Shown piece after piece: positions 51,307 to 60,915 of a DNA stretch of 64,000 nucleotides. Both the position numbers and the translations under genes were made by a program. The stretch covers positions 129,698-193,697 of the forward strand of contig WRCD01000001.1 of assembly GCA_009784185.1 (NCBI GenBank). The letters run 5' to 3'. The DNA comes from Bacillota bacterium. GTDB lineage: Bacteria > Bacillota > Clostridia > Christensenellales > UBA1242. The first letter of the stretch is position 1, and every line of letters begins with the position of its first letter. The notes under the pieces were generated by a model. That model had not been told where the DNA came from, did no database searches, and saw nothing but the letters and a program-made list of their open reading frames with translations.

Positions 51307-53066
51307 CAGTCATCCTCCCCTGAAAGCGCTTCCATTTCGTTTATAAGTTCACGCCCAATCAGGTCCAGTTTGGTCAGCTCTGACTCCGGCACATGCTTAG
51401 CCCTTCCTATATTTTCTGCGGTTTTGATATATAGTATTTTATTAATGTCAATGTCTCTGTCGATTGCAGCCAAACCAAGCTCATAATAATCAATTATCAG
51501 TTTTAAAATCTTAAATTGCTTTTTAAGGCTTGCGTAGTTATCTACATCGCTGAATGCGTCCTGGTGCAAAAAGTCTTCTCTCAGCATTTTTGCCGTCTCC
51601 AAAACCAGCCGGTCCTTACTGGAAAGCGAGTCCATACCAACCAGGCGCACCATTTCTTCCAGCACTGCTTCTTCCGATAGCAGTCCGATAGCCTGACTGC
51701 GGTACTTACTAAATTCGTTGCTTACATTGTTGTTAAACCAGTCGGTTAAACCGTCTGCGTATAACGAATAGCTTATGTTCCAATCAATTGCGGGGAAGTG
51801 GCGCCTATATGCAAGGTTTGCCGACAGCCCCCAAAATACCTTTACAATTCTGAGTGTGCCTTGTGCTACGGGCTCAGCCAGGTCGCCGCCGGGGGGAGAC
51901 ACCGCTCCAATGGCTGTTATGCTGCCTGTACGGCTGTTGCTTCCCAGTGTTTTTACAATTCCGGCGCGCTCGTAAAAGTCGGCCAGCCGGCTGGAAAGAT
52001 ATGCAGGATACCCTTCTTCGCCGGGCATTTCTTCAAGCCTTCCGCTCATTTCACGCAAAGCTTCGGCCCAGCGGCTGGTACTGTCTGCCATAATGGCTAC
52101 GTTGTAGCCCATGTCTCTAAAGTATTCGGCTATAGTAATTCCGGTGTATATACTGGCCTCACGCGCCGCAACCGGCATATCGGAAGTGTTGGCAATTAAA
52201 ATTGTACGCTTCATAAGCGCCTCACCGGTTTTAGGGTCTTTAAGGGTAGGGAAGTCGGTCAGTACGTCTGTCATTTCGTTGCCGCGCTCACCGCAGCCAA
52301 CGTAGACTACAATCTCGGCATCCGCCCACTTGGCCAGCTGATGCTGAAACACGGTTTTACCGCTTCCAAACGGACCGGGGATAGTAGCCGCTCCTCCGCG
52401 CGCAATCGGGAAAAGCGTATCAATAATACGCTGGCCGGTTATCATAGGTAATTTTGGTGACAGCTTTTCTTTATACGGCCGGCCTTTCCGCACGGGCCAT
52501 TTCTGCATCATAGTTAGGTTTATTGTTTTGCCGTCGTCGGTTTTAAGTTTGGCTACGGTGTCCGTTATTGCTGCTTCGCCTGATTTTATTTCGGTTATTG
52601 TGCCGGCAGCTCCAAACGGCACCATAATTTTGTGCTCTACTATTTTGGTTTCGGCAACTGTGCCGATTATATCTCCTGCCTTTACATGGTCACCTTTTTT
52701 TGCGGTTGGTACAAAATTCCATTTTTTATCTCTGTCCAGGCTGGGGGCGGTTATGCCGCCCTCAATCCTGTCGCCGCTTTTTTGTCTGAGCAAATCAAGC
52801 GGGCGCTGAATGCCATCATATATTCCGCCTATTATTCCAGGCCCCAGTTCAACCGAAAGCGGTGCGCCCGTGCTTATGCAGTCGTCACCCGGCCCAAGCC
52901 CGCTGGTTTCTTCGTATACCTGAACAGAGGCGCGTGCACCTCTCAGCTCAATTATTTCGCCTATAAGCCCTTTGCTGCCAACCTTAACCACGTCAAACAA
53001 CTTAACGTTAGCCATATTGTCGGCTACAATCAGCGGGCCTGATACCTTCACAATTTTTCCGTTCAT
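51306..53066 (-). CDS. ntpA: V-type ATPase catalytic subunit A
   Basis: 586 aa. Walker [10 protein letters not shown], then [12 protein letters not shown] and [10 protein letters not shown]. Confidence 0.95.
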   Translation of the reverse strand: MNGKIVKVSGPLIVADNMANVKLFDVVKVGSKGLIGEIIELRGARASVQVYEETSGLGPGDDCISTGAPLSVELGPGIIGGIYDGIQRPLDLLRQKSGDRIEGGITAPSLDRDKKWNFVPTAKKGDHVKAGDIIGTVAETKIVEHKIMVPFGAAGTITEIKSGEAAITDTVAKLKTDDGKTINLTMMQKWPVRKGRPYKEKLSPKLPMITGQRIIDTLFPIARGGAATIPGPFGSGKTVFQHQLAKWADAEIVVYVGCGERGNEMTDVLTDFPTLKDPKTGEALMKRTILIANTSDMPVAAREASIYTGITIAEYFRDMGYNVAIMADSTSRWAEALREMSGRLEEMPGEEGYPAYLSSRLADFYERAGIVKTLGSNSRTGSITAIGAVSPPGGDLAEPVAQGTLRIVKVFWGLSANLAYRRHFPAIDWNISYSLYADGLTDWFNNNVSNEFSKYRSQAIGLLSEEAVLEEMVRLVGMDSLSSKDRLVLETAKMLREDFLHQDAFSDVDNYASLKKQFKILKLIIDYYELGLAAIDRDIDINKILYIKTAENIGRAKHVPESELTKLDLIGRELINEMEALSGEDD

Positions 53067-53404
53067 AATTCTATTTTTTCCTTGTTGAATATTGAGTCTG
53101 CCGGCACTCCGAGTGCACGTTCTACATTAGCCTTTATCTGCTGCATACCGTAGCCGCTTGACCCCAGGCTGCTTGGTATTGGAATAATAATAGGGTATGT
53201 GTTTGAATTATGCTTTTTAATTACATCATCATTTGCTTTGTAAAGTTCTTCTGTTATCAAAACTATAGCGTATTTTTCCTCAGACAGCTTTTTGAGAGTT
53301 TGTTTTATCTGTTCACCTTGGAAAACCTCACAGCCTGCTGCCTTAAACGCCAGCACGGAGTCTTTATCACCTATTATTGCAATTTTATTGTTTGTCTGAT
53401 ACAT
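53063..53404 (-). CDS. V-type ATPase subunit F
   Basis: 113 aa starting [22 protein letters not shown]. Its position between C and A matches the Thermus/Enterococcus operon order. Confidence 0.8.
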   Translation of the reverse strand: MYQTNNKIAIIGDKDSVLAFKAAGCEVFQGEQIKQTLKKLSEEKYAIVLITEELYKANDDVIKKHNSNTYPIIIPIPSSLGSSGYGMQQIKANVERALGVPADSIFNKEKIEL

Positions 53405-53416
53405 GGTACTCCTTAT

Positions 53417-53443
53417 AATTCCCCTCTATAAGAGGGGATTTTT
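53417..53443. repeat. GGGGAATT-family hairpin B only, intra-operonic
   Basis: AATTCCCCTCTataAGAGGGGATTTTT, between the subunit C and subunit F genes. Confidence 0.75.
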
Positions 53444-53447
53444 AGTC

Positions 53448-54428
53448 TTACGTTTTATAATACTTTAGTTTTGGTTCAATCACGCCGGGCGCTAATCCAA
53501 GCTTCTTTGAAATCAGCACCAGTTTAATCGTTTTAAGCTCTTCCTTTTTGCGTATATACCAGTTAAACAACGGGTCCAGCTTAAATGCGTTGTTCTTTTC
53601 TTTGGCAGATAGCTCAAGCAGGTAGCCCCACATATTGTGTTCGCAATCGGCCAGACTGTTGTTTTTAATGCCTGAGCTGAGGTCTTGCATAAACTTATAA
53701 TACGGTGTGTTAATAAACTTTTCGGAAAACTTTTGAGGCGGCAGGGTAATTATGGTTTCAACAAGCTCTTTTTTAAGCGTGCCGCCCGCAACAAAATAAT
53801 CATGTGCAAGACGGGTGGGCAGGTCCATTACCCGGGTTCTGGCAAAACTAAGAATGTTTTGAATATCTATCTCTGCCGTAAAATATGCTTTTATGGTTTT
53901 GCTTTTTATCTTTTTAAGCAGCTCGCTAAATTCGGAATACATGGCTTTATCAAGCTTAAGTTCAATTTCGGCAGATGTAACTTTATTTTCTTTTGCAAAT
54001 GTATCCAGCTCATGCAATGCCGTCTGCATATGTGCGGTTAGCAGGTAGCGCTGTTTTTCGGTTAGTGCTGCTTTCATGTCCTTTACAGCAATATTGCCAA
54101 ACGGATAAAGCAGGGTGTCATCGGAATCTTTATATACAGATTTAAGGTTGTGGTAGTCGTAGCGTAAAAGCACGAGCCGCAACAGGCTTGAATCAGCGCA
54201 AAGCCCGCTAAACACTTTAATTGTTTTTTCGTGTTCGTTTGCTATTAATGAGTCAATGCTTTCGGGGTTGTTTTGTATTAGTCCAACATCATATCCGCAC
54301 TCGTATAGTATTTTTATTGCTTCAATCAGCGTTGGGGCACTTAGCATACGTTTAACTTGCTGCAGGCGCAGCAGCTTGCCCTCTTTGCAGGCAATTATTG
54401 AGTTTGCGTATATAACGCTGCCTTTCAT
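53448..54428 (-). CDS. ntpC: V-type ATPase subunit C (d-like)
   Basis: 326 aa helical protein. The call rests on its position in the operon and its size. Confidence 0.75.
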   Translation of the reverse strand: MKGSVIYANSIIACKEGKLLRLQQVKRMLSAPTLIEAIKILYECGYDVGLIQNNPESIDSLIANEHEKTIKVFSGLCADSSLLRLVLLRYDYHNLKSVYKDSDDTLLYPFGNIAVKDMKAALTEKQRYLLTAHMQTALHELDTFAKENKVTSAEIELKLDKAMYSEFSELLKKIKSKTIKAYFTAEIDIQNILSFARTRVMDLPTRLAHDYFVAGGTLKKELVETIITLPPQKFSEKFINTPYYKFMQDLSSGIKNNSLADCEHNMWGYLLELSAKEKNNAFKLDPLFNWYIRKKEELKTIKLVLISKKLGLAPGVIEPKLKYYKT

Positions 54429-54437
54429 GTTTGTCTC

Positions 54438-55025
54438 CTAATTGTTAAACAAAATATCAGCCACCTGCGTTTCAATCTTTTTGCGCAGTTCTGCTAAAAT
54501 ATTGTCAAGCGTAAAATCCCGGTCAAAGGTCTTTCCCATTATTTTTATGCCGCCCTTAAAATCTGACACAACACTGTAGCCAAGTTTAATTTTGCCAGCC
54601 TTTGCTGCTTCGGCCACAAATGTGGATGTAATGCGTTTTTCGTCATGTTTTGATACAATTATTACATCACCGTTGTTTGCGTTCTTTAAAATAATTGCCT
54701 TAATAACCTCCAGATACTTCTTGTCGTTTAGTTTAAGGATGTCTTGTTTGGCCAAATCAAAGGCAAAACCGGTAAGCTCGGACTTAAAATTAAGCTCATT
54801 GCGTTTAACATCTATGTTAGACAGCAGCAGCCGGTGTTTGTTTGCGTCCAGTGCCTTGCCGGTTGCTTTTTTTACGGCTTCGGCACGAACTTCTTTGAGC
54901 TCGGCTTTTACGGCATCAAACTGAGCAGCGCTGGTTTTTGCGGTGTCGGCTAAAAGAGCCTCGGCTTTGGCTTTTGCGTCGGCTATGATTTTTTCAACCA
55001 CTATGTTTTCCTGGACTTCAACCAC
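54438..55025 (-). CDS. ntpE: V-type ATPase subunit E
   Basis: 195 aa with an N-terminal Ala/Lys-rich coiled coil and a C-terminal globular part. Operon position supports the call. Confidence 0.75.
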   Translation of the reverse strand: MVEVQENIVVEKIIADAKAKAEALLADTAKTSAAQFDAVKAELKEVRAEAVKKATGKALDANKHRLLLSNIDVKRNELNFKSELTGFAFDLAKQDILKLNDKKYLEVIKAIILKNANNGDVIIVSKHDEKRITSTFVAEAAKAGKIKLGYSVVSDFKGGIKIMGKTFDRDFTLDNILAELRKKIETQVADILFNN

Positions 55026-55474
55026 TATAATACTCCTAATACCGATACTATTAATGCAATTAACGCAAACAGCTCTGAGAAAATAATCATGGTTGCGGCT
55101 TTGCCGGCCAGTTCAGGCTTTTTACCTACCATATTTATGGTTGCTACTGCCACTTTTCCTTGAAAGATTGAAGTAACCATGCCCACTATTGCAATCGGCA
55201 GGCAATACAGCATAAGCATAAGGCCTTGGTCAAGTGTATATGCAACCCCGTCTGTAATAATTGGCAGAACTACCAAAAACGCAATAACAAACCCGTACAG
55301 GGCCTGAGAAGACGGGAAAAGCTGAAGCAGCATGGTTTTACCAAATTTTTCCGGGTCCTCGCTTATTACTCCCGCTGCCGCCTGACTGGCTGTTGTTACA
55401 CCGATAGTTGAACCAATGCCGGTTAGTCCGGCAGCCAGCACTGCACCAACTATGGCTAAAATTGTACCGTCCAT
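55025..55474 (-). CDS. ntpK: V-type ATPase proteolipid subunit K (4-TM, 16-kDa type)
   Basis: 149 aa with duplicated hairpins and a carboxylate in the last helix (IIFSELFAL). PSSQALYGF and IFQGKV resemble the Na+-site residues of Enterococcus NtpK. Confidence 0.85.
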   Translation of the reverse strand: MDGTILAIVGAVLAAGLTGIGSTIGVTTASQAAAGVISEDPEKFGKTMLLQLFPSSQALYGFVIAFLVVLPIITDGVAYTLDQGLMLMLYCLPIAIVGMVTSIFQGKVAVATINMVGKKPELAGKAATMIIFSELFALIALIVSVLGVL

Positions 55475-57546
55475 TATTTATTCTCCTTTATTATCTTTTT
55501 ATTTTTTAAAATTACATATTTTGTATTGGTGCCCATAGGCGCAAACGGAGTGCCCTCACCGGTGTAGAATTTACCGAAGAATTCCACAAACTGCAAACGC
55601 GCATTGTGTACGTACGCTCCAAGTACGGCAAGCCCAACGTTGAAGCTGTGAAACACAACCGCAACCAATATTCCAAGCGGAATTCCCACGCCGGGAATAT
55701 CAAACACCATAACTCCCATTCTGTTTGCTACAGTTGCTATTACCGCTCCAACCAAGCCGATAGCAAACAGCCTTGCATAACTTAAAATGTCACCCGCGTA
55801 GTTTACCAAGCTGTAAACTCCGGCAATCCCGCCCGTTATTTTACCAAAGAAGCCTTTGTTTTTGCGGCCGTTGGTAAACATAATTAACACAACGGATGCA
55901 ATTGCCATGTACAGGCCGATATCTGCTACAATGCCGGTTGGTGTAATAAGGTTTGATACAAACATAACTATACCCAGCAGCATGGTCAGCCTGATACCGG
56001 CATCAAGTATTGCGTCCAGCCACCGTTTTTGTTTAAGCAGTGCCACCATTTTAAGCGTTATGCCAAACATAATATGAATCATGCCAAGTGCCAGAGACAA
56101 TCCCAGAAACAATATTGCATCATTAACGGGGTCCAACAGTCCGGGTATTATGGATACGGCCTTGCCGCCGGCACCAACAGTCTGCAGCCCCAGCCAGCCC
56201 CCAAACACAAGCCCCCAGATAATTGCGGATACGCCGCCCATACATATAATGGCAATCAAACTTTTGGTGCCGCGCTCCATTTTACAAAACATTAGTACCG
56301 CAAGGGTTGCTATAAACAGAATTATTCCGTAACCCACATCGCCTACCATTATGCCGAAAAACAGAAAGAAGAATATTCCCACAAAAATGTTGGGGTCACG
56401 CTCGCGGCTGCTGGGGTAGCTGTACATATTGGTTATGCTTTCGTACGGCCGTACTATTGCGCTGTTTTTTGTATATGTCGGAACCTTTTCATCCGGAGCC
56501 GGGTCGGTAAACTGTACAAACACGTCGGTACTTACCTGATTAATCAGTGCGGTTACATTCTGCTGCTGATGCTCGGGAACCCAGCCGGTTAATACAAACG
56601 TGCGGTTGGTGGATAATATGCGGTCGCCTATGTTTACGCCTTCCAGTTCAAGATTCAGCCAGTCGTGATAAACTTTCAGCTTTTGTTCCATGTCAGCGTT
56701 GGTGGCGGCATATTTCAGAAGGTCTAAAATTTTGTAGCGTATTCCTACGTTGGTGGCTTCAAGTTCATCTATTTTCTGTTGTGCCGTAACGGGGAAGCTA
56801 TAGCTGCATTTGTTTAGCCCGTATTTGTAAATCTCGTTTAAAAACACCTCGTTGTCTTTGTGGCAGAACAATGCCACACAACACATATTGCCTTTAGTTA
56901 CTTTTTCAATTACAAGATTTGTAGTATCGCATTCTGCCATAAAGGCGTTAAAACTGCGTTCCTGTATTGTACCTACAATCCGCACGGACTTATTGTTGTT
57001 TGTAAACTGGTCCAGCGGTACGGTAAGTTTTGCGTACGGTTTTAGTTCACGGCGTATCAGATTGTTGTTGTTCATCTCGTTTTTCAGTTCCGGTATCAGC
57101 TGGTTGATTTGTTCCAGTTCATGAATATGGCTTAAAATTTTTTCTTCGTACTTTGATATTGACTTAAACTCGGCGTAGTCTATCTCGTTTCTGTAAAAGA
57201 ACATTGGGGATTTTGGTTTTTTATACTTGTGACTATTTGTTTGTTCCAGCGCAAACTTGTATAGCTCCGGTCTGCGTTTAGCTAAGTATTTTAAAAAGCT
57301 TTTGTTATTGATAAGTGTGTTAAGGTAACCGGTATGACTTTTATCGGAAAATTCAATTGCAAACTTGGTGCGGGTAAGACTGGCCTGAATATGGTCGCGG
57401 CGCTGCTGGTCCGTAATAAATTCGCTGCCCGTAAGTTTTTCTAATTTACCCATTTCAAAACTGGAGCTGACGCGCAATGCCTCTAAAATGGCGTTCAGTT
57501 CGCTCTTGAGTCCTATTAAGTTTATTTTTTTCATGCGTTCAATCAT
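55474..57546 (-). CDS. ntpI: V-type ATPase subunit I (a-like stator/channel)
   Basis: 690 aa. Soluble N-terminal half plus a multi-TM C-terminal half with the conserved Arg region (LSYARLFAIGL). Confidence 0.88.
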   Translation of the reverse strand: MIERMKKINLIGLKSELNAILEALRVSSSFEMGKLEKLTGSEFITDQQRRDHIQASLTRTKFAIEFSDKSHTGYLNTLINNKSFLKYLAKRRPELYKFALEQTNSHKYKKPKSPMFFYRNEIDYAEFKSISKYEEKILSHIHELEQINQLIPELKNEMNNNNLIRRELKPYAKLTVPLDQFTNNNKSVRIVGTIQERSFNAFMAECDTTNLVIEKVTKGNMCCVALFCHKDNEVFLNEIYKYGLNKCSYSFPVTAQQKIDELEATNVGIRYKILDLLKYAATNADMEQKLKVYHDWLNLELEGVNIGDRILSTNRTFVLTGWVPEHQQQNVTALINQVSTDVFVQFTDPAPDEKVPTYTKNSAIVRPYESITNMYSYPSSRERDPNIFVGIFFFLFFGIMVGDVGYGIILFIATLAVLMFCKMERGTKSLIAIICMGGVSAIIWGLVFGGWLGLQTVGAGGKAVSIIPGLLDPVNDAILFLGLSLALGMIHIMFGITLKMVALLKQKRWLDAILDAGIRLTMLLGIVMFVSNLITPTGIVADIGLYMAIASVVLIMFTNGRKNKGFFGKITGGIAGVYSLVNYAGDILSYARLFAIGLVGAVIATVANRMGVMVFDIPGVGIPLGILVAVVFHSFNVGLAVLGAYVHNARLQFVEFFGKFYTGEGTPFAPMGTNTKYVILKNKKIIKENK

Positions 57547-57863
57547 AAAAACTCTTTATTAAACTCATCCAATATTAGTTTTTTGACCCGGTCTGCATTT
57601 TTTTCGTAAGCTATTTTCAGTTTTTCATGATGCCGGTTGTGGTCGTCAAAAAAAGCAGCGAGTTCGGCGTCGCTGATAGTTTTATATTTTTCCTCAAGCT
57701 CTGATATTTCGGCACGCAGCTTGCCTAAAAACTCATCGCGGTACTCGTCGGTTTCAAGCTGGATTTTTAACGCCAGCTGTTTTGCCTTTTCCGCAGCATC
57801 CGCCTCAATAAGCGCGGCGGTATTTTCGGCTTCCACAATATCAGAAACAACCTGGTCTAACAT
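57543..57863 (-). CDS. V-type ATPase peripheral-stalk subunit (G/H-like, NtpF-like)
   Basis: Coiled-coil ~106 aa and the first gene of the operon, with an ATGA overlap with subunit I. The ATG at 57863 is preferred because GGGGA lies 5 nt upstream; the ORF track gives 57893. Confidence 0.55.
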   Translation of the reverse strand: MLDQVVSDIVEAENTAALIEADAAEKAKQLALKIQLETDEYRDEFLGKLRAEISELEEKYKTISDAELAAFFDDHNRHHEKLKIAYEKNADRVKKLILDEFNKEFL

Positions 57864-57978
57864 AATTTCCCCTTTCAAACCATAATACAACATTATTATA
57901 CGCCTTTTTTGTATATATACAAAATGATTTATGCAACTTACTATGTAATTTACGGTATGGTTTTATGTTGTAAATGCT

Positions 57979-58007
57979 TTGACATTTAAAACTGTTTTGG
58001 CTATATT
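57979..58007 (+). promoter_or_regulatory. Sigma-70-type promoter for the PPC-domain gene
   Basis: TTGACA - 17 bp - TATATT. A GGAG SD and the GTG start at 58031 follow. Confidence 0.6.
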
Positions 58008-58030
58008 ATTAGCATAGGAGTAGGGGAAGC

Positions 58031-58612
58031 GTGAAAACACTGGCGGTAAGGTTAACAGGCGGCAGCGATTTAAAGCTGGAAATTATCAGGGTGGCCATTG
58101 AGAACAAAATACAGGCAGCCGTTGTTTTGTCGTCGGCAGGCAGTTTGAAAAAAGCCGATATACGCTTAGCCGGAGCCGAGCTTAACCTTTGCAAACAGGA
58201 GCCGCTTGAAATAATTAGTATTAACGGAACAATAGCAAAAGACGGCCTTCATCTGCATCTGGCTTTCAGCGACCTGATGGGCAACGTTTACGGGGGACAT
58301 ATGCAAAACGGCTGCATTATAGACACTACCTGCGAACTGGTAATTGGCATATTAGACGAATATGAGTTCAGCAGGGTGGTAGACGATGATACCGGCTATA
58401 AGGAACTGGCAATAAGCCCCAAAGGGGCTGCAAAAAAAGAGGCTCCGGTACCCGAGCGGAAGATTGCGGCGGATGTTCCCGAAAAGAAACCCGTAACTCC
58501 GGTTCCGATAAAGAAGCCTGTGCCCGCAGCCGCAGCAAAGAAGCGTGCGGCTATTGTAACCAACAAGAAGCTTACTTTACCAAACGCAGAAGAACAGCCG
58601 CAACACGAATAA
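58031..58612 (+). CDS. PPC (DUF296) domain protein with a Lys/Pro/Ala-rich basic tail
   Basis: AVRLTGGSDLKLEI...SAGSLKKADIRL...ISINGTIAKDGLHLHLAFSD..G.VYGGHM fits the PPC/DUF296 pattern. The tail is KKEAPVPERKIAADVPEKKPVTPVPIKKPVPAAAAKKRAA. Confidence 0.65.
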   Translation: MKTLAVRLTGGSDLKLEIIRVAIENKIQAAVVLSSAGSLKKADIRLAGAELNLCKQEPLEIISINGTIAKDGLHLHLAFSDLMGNVYGGHMQNGCIIDTTCELVIGILDEYEFSRVVDDDTGYKELAISPKGAAKKEAPVPERKIAADVPEKKPVTPVPIKKPVPAAAAKKRAAIVTNKKLTLPNAEEQPQHE

Positions 58613-58646
58613 CCGGAACCGGGACAATCATGGATACAATGTAAAA

Positions 58647-58675
58647 CAAAAACACCCATATGGGTGTTTTTTTTG
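58647..58675. terminator. Bidirectional hairpin terminator
   Basis: AAAAACACCCA-ta-TGGGTGTTTTTTTT, between convergent genes. Confidence 0.8.
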
Positions 58676-58685
58676 TGCGTTTTGT

Positions 58686-59597
58686 TTATAATGCTAATGT
58701 TCTGATTACAAGGCTTTGCTGCAGGACGGTATCAACGTGTATTTCGTATGTGCCGGCAATTAAGCGTACAACAAACTTGTATCTGGTATCTGCCTGCAGT
58801 CCGTCAAACACATTGCTGGCCTGCCAAACCAGTTCAACCGGCTCGGTTCCGTTGGGGTTGCCAACTTCCGCGTACCAGCAGATAGCGTATTCGGCGTTCC
58901 ATATTTCAGTTAAGGTAATTGTATCCGTAGTTGGCGGTGCAGCCGGGTCTGCAACGGGGGCCGGTAATGAGTTTGGAATACGGTGAATAATATCTGTCTC
59001 AGATGAGGTTACATGGCCCGAGTTTCCGCGCAGGGCAGTTGCAACAACCCGCACCTTGGTAGCAAACTGATAAACCGGCATAAGCTGTTTGCTGTTAGCG
59101 CCGGCAATATCCTGCCAGCCGTTGGTTGCATGCCATTCCTGCCATTGCAGGCTTACATTGGCGCCCGCGGGCGAAACCACTGCTTCCAGAAAGTCGTATG
59201 TAACAATATAGTCCTCTACAACAGGAAACGGTTGAGTAATGGCCACCGAAACCAGCGGAACAATCGGGCTGTATGTAACATTAAAGCTGGTTTGGGCCGG
59301 TTTGTTGTTTAAAGTGTACGTAATCACAATCTGGTATGTGCCTGCGGCGTCCTTGTTTACCTGGGTTGTGTTAAGCATATTTGCGGTTAACGGCACATCT
59401 GCTTTGCTGCCGTCTACAAAGGTTGCTTCCAATACTCCGCCGGCAACTGATATGTCTTCACCTATAAAATATTGCGTCATAGGGGCAGTCTTGATGTCTA
59501 TGCGTGACAACTCGGGCGGAGTTTCGCAGGCAGAAAACACTGCAACGCCAATTGCAAAGCAGAAACATATAGATAATGCTTTAAATAGCCTGGTCAT
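58686..59597 (-). CDS. Lipoprotein with an N-terminal Big_3-type Ig-like domain
   Basis: Lipobox VFSAC. IDIKTAPMTQYFIGEDISVAGGVLEATFVDGSKADVPL...AGTYQIVITYTLNNKPAQTSFNVTY. Same architecture as 32782..33807. Confidence 0.7.
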   Translation of the reverse strand: MTRLFKALSICFCFAIGVAVFSACETPPELSRIDIKTAPMTQYFIGEDISVAGGVLEATFVDGSKADVPLTANMLNTTQVNKDAAGTYQIVITYTLNNKPAQTSFNVTYSPIVPLVSVAITQPFPVVEDYIVTYDFLEAVVSPAGANVSLQWQEWHATNGWQDIAGANSKQLMPVYQFATKVRVVATALRGNSGHVTSSETDIIHRIPNSLPAPVADPAAPPTTDTITLTEIWNAEYAICWYAEVGNPNGTEPVELVWQASNVFDGLQADTRYKFVVRLIAGTYEIHVDTVLQQSLVIRTLAL

Positions 59598-59687
59598 TCT
59601 GCCACCCCCGAATTATTGTAGTCATATTCTAACAAAATACTACTTATAAAAGCAAACGAAAAATACTAATATATTTTTGATATTGTG

Positions 59688-59716
59688 TTGACAAACACGG
59701 CCGGGTTTGATATAAT
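59688..59716 (+). promoter_or_regulatory. Strong sigma-70-type promoter of the str operon (extended -10)
   Basis: TTGACA - 17 bp - TGaTATAAT, followed by a ~195-nt leader before rpsL. Confidence 0.7.
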
Positions 59717-59911
59717 CACACTCGTTGCATCTAATTGCAACCACATTTTTTATTAATTACTTTTTCACGGTGAACAAAAAGTAGTTGATGGCCTTAAAAT
59801 AATTCATGGTCCATTCCAGGCTTTGAATTGTGTCTGGGCAAAATACGCTGGCTGCTTATAGGGTTGTAAGCACTTAGCAAAATGCTTATTAAATAGAATT
59901 AGGAGAAAAAT

Positions 59912-60286
59912 ATGCCAACAATAAATCAATTGGTTAAGCGTGGCAGAAAGCAAGTGGTTAGGAAAAGCAAATCGCCTCTATTAGACGAATGTCCGCAGAA
60001 GCGTGCGGTATGTCTTTCGGTTACCACCACTACGCCAAAAAAGCCGAACTCTGCGTTGCGTAAGATTGCGCGTGTGCGTATGTCAAACGGCAGTGAGAGC
60101 ACGGTATATATTCCCGGCGTTGGTCACAACCTGCAGGAGCACTCGGTAGTACTTGTGCGCGGCGGGCGTGTTAAGGACCTTGTTGGTGTGCGCTACCACA
60201 TTGTGCGCGGCACTATGGACACTGCCGGAACCGCAAAGCGGAACCAGGGCAGAAGTAAATACGGCACTAAGAAAAACAAAAAGTAA
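59912..60286 (+). CDS. rpsL: 30S ribosomal protein S12
   Basis: [13 protein letters not shown]...[10 protein letters not shown]...[15 protein letters not shown]. Confidence 0.98.
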   Translation: MPTINQLVKRGRKQVVRKSKSPLLDECPQKRAVCLSVTTTTPKKPNSALRKIARVRMSNGSESTVYIPGVGHNLQEHSVVLVRGGRVKDLVGVRYHIVRGTMDTAGTAKRNQGRSKYGTKKNKK

Positions 60287-60304
60287 TAAAAAGGAAGATA
60301 AAAT

Positions 60305-60775
60305 ATGCCTAGAAGGAGTGGAATTCCGGCCAAACCCATTTTGCCGGATCCAAAATATAACAGCAAAGTAATTGCTAAGCTGGTGAATCAGGTTATGCAG
60401 GACGGCAAAAAAGGTATAGCACAGGGCATTGTTTGGAAGGCGCTTGATATAGTTGCCGAAAAAACCAGTGTGCCCGCAATGGATGCTTTTGAAAAGGCGC
60501 TTGAAAATGCTATGCCGCTGCTTGAAACCAAAGCCCGTAAGCTTGGCGGCGCAACCTATCAGGTTCCGGTTGAAATAAGACCGGTACGCAGACAGACGCT
60601 TGCAATAAGATGGATAGTTAAGTTTGCCACAAAGCGCGGTGAGCGCGGAATGGAAATGCGCCTAGCCGGAGAGATAGTAGATGCGTTTAACGGAACGGGT
60701 GCAACAATAAAGCGTAAAGATGAAATGCACCGTATGGCTGAAGCTAACAAGGCTTTTGCACATTATAAATGGTAG
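60305..60775 (+). CDS. rpsG: 30S ribosomal protein S7
   Basis: MPRRSGIPAKPILPDPKYNS...GGATYQVPVEIRP...MAEANKAFAHYKW. Confidence 0.98.
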   Translation: MPRRSGIPAKPILPDPKYNSKVIAKLVNQVMQDGKKGIAQGIVWKALDIVAEKTSVPAMDAFEKALENAMPLLETKARKLGGATYQVPVEIRPVRRQTLAIRWIVKFATKRGERGMEMRLAGEIVDAFNGTGATIKRKDEMHRMAEANKAFAHYKW

Positions 60776-60780
60776 AAGGC

Positions 60781-60891
60781 AGGGAACAAGGAACAGGGAA
60801 CAACGAACAACGACGGGTCGCGTTGCTCCAAATAACTATCTCGGAGCGCAGCGACCAATAGTTGTTACCTGTTACCTGTTCACTGTTACTT
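60781..60891. repeat. Heptamer-arm repeat family, complete palindromic element (rpsG-fusA spacer)
   Basis: (AGGGAAC)(AAGGAAC)(AGGGAAC)(AACGAAC) - GGGTCGCGTTGCTCC - 13 nt - GGAGCGCAGCGACC - AATAGTT - (GTTACCT)(GTTACCT)(GTTCACT)(GTTACTT). The arms and the cores are mutually reverse-complementary. Confidence 0.88.
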
Positions 60892-60915
60892 GAAAAAGAA
60901 GAGAGGATAATTAAA

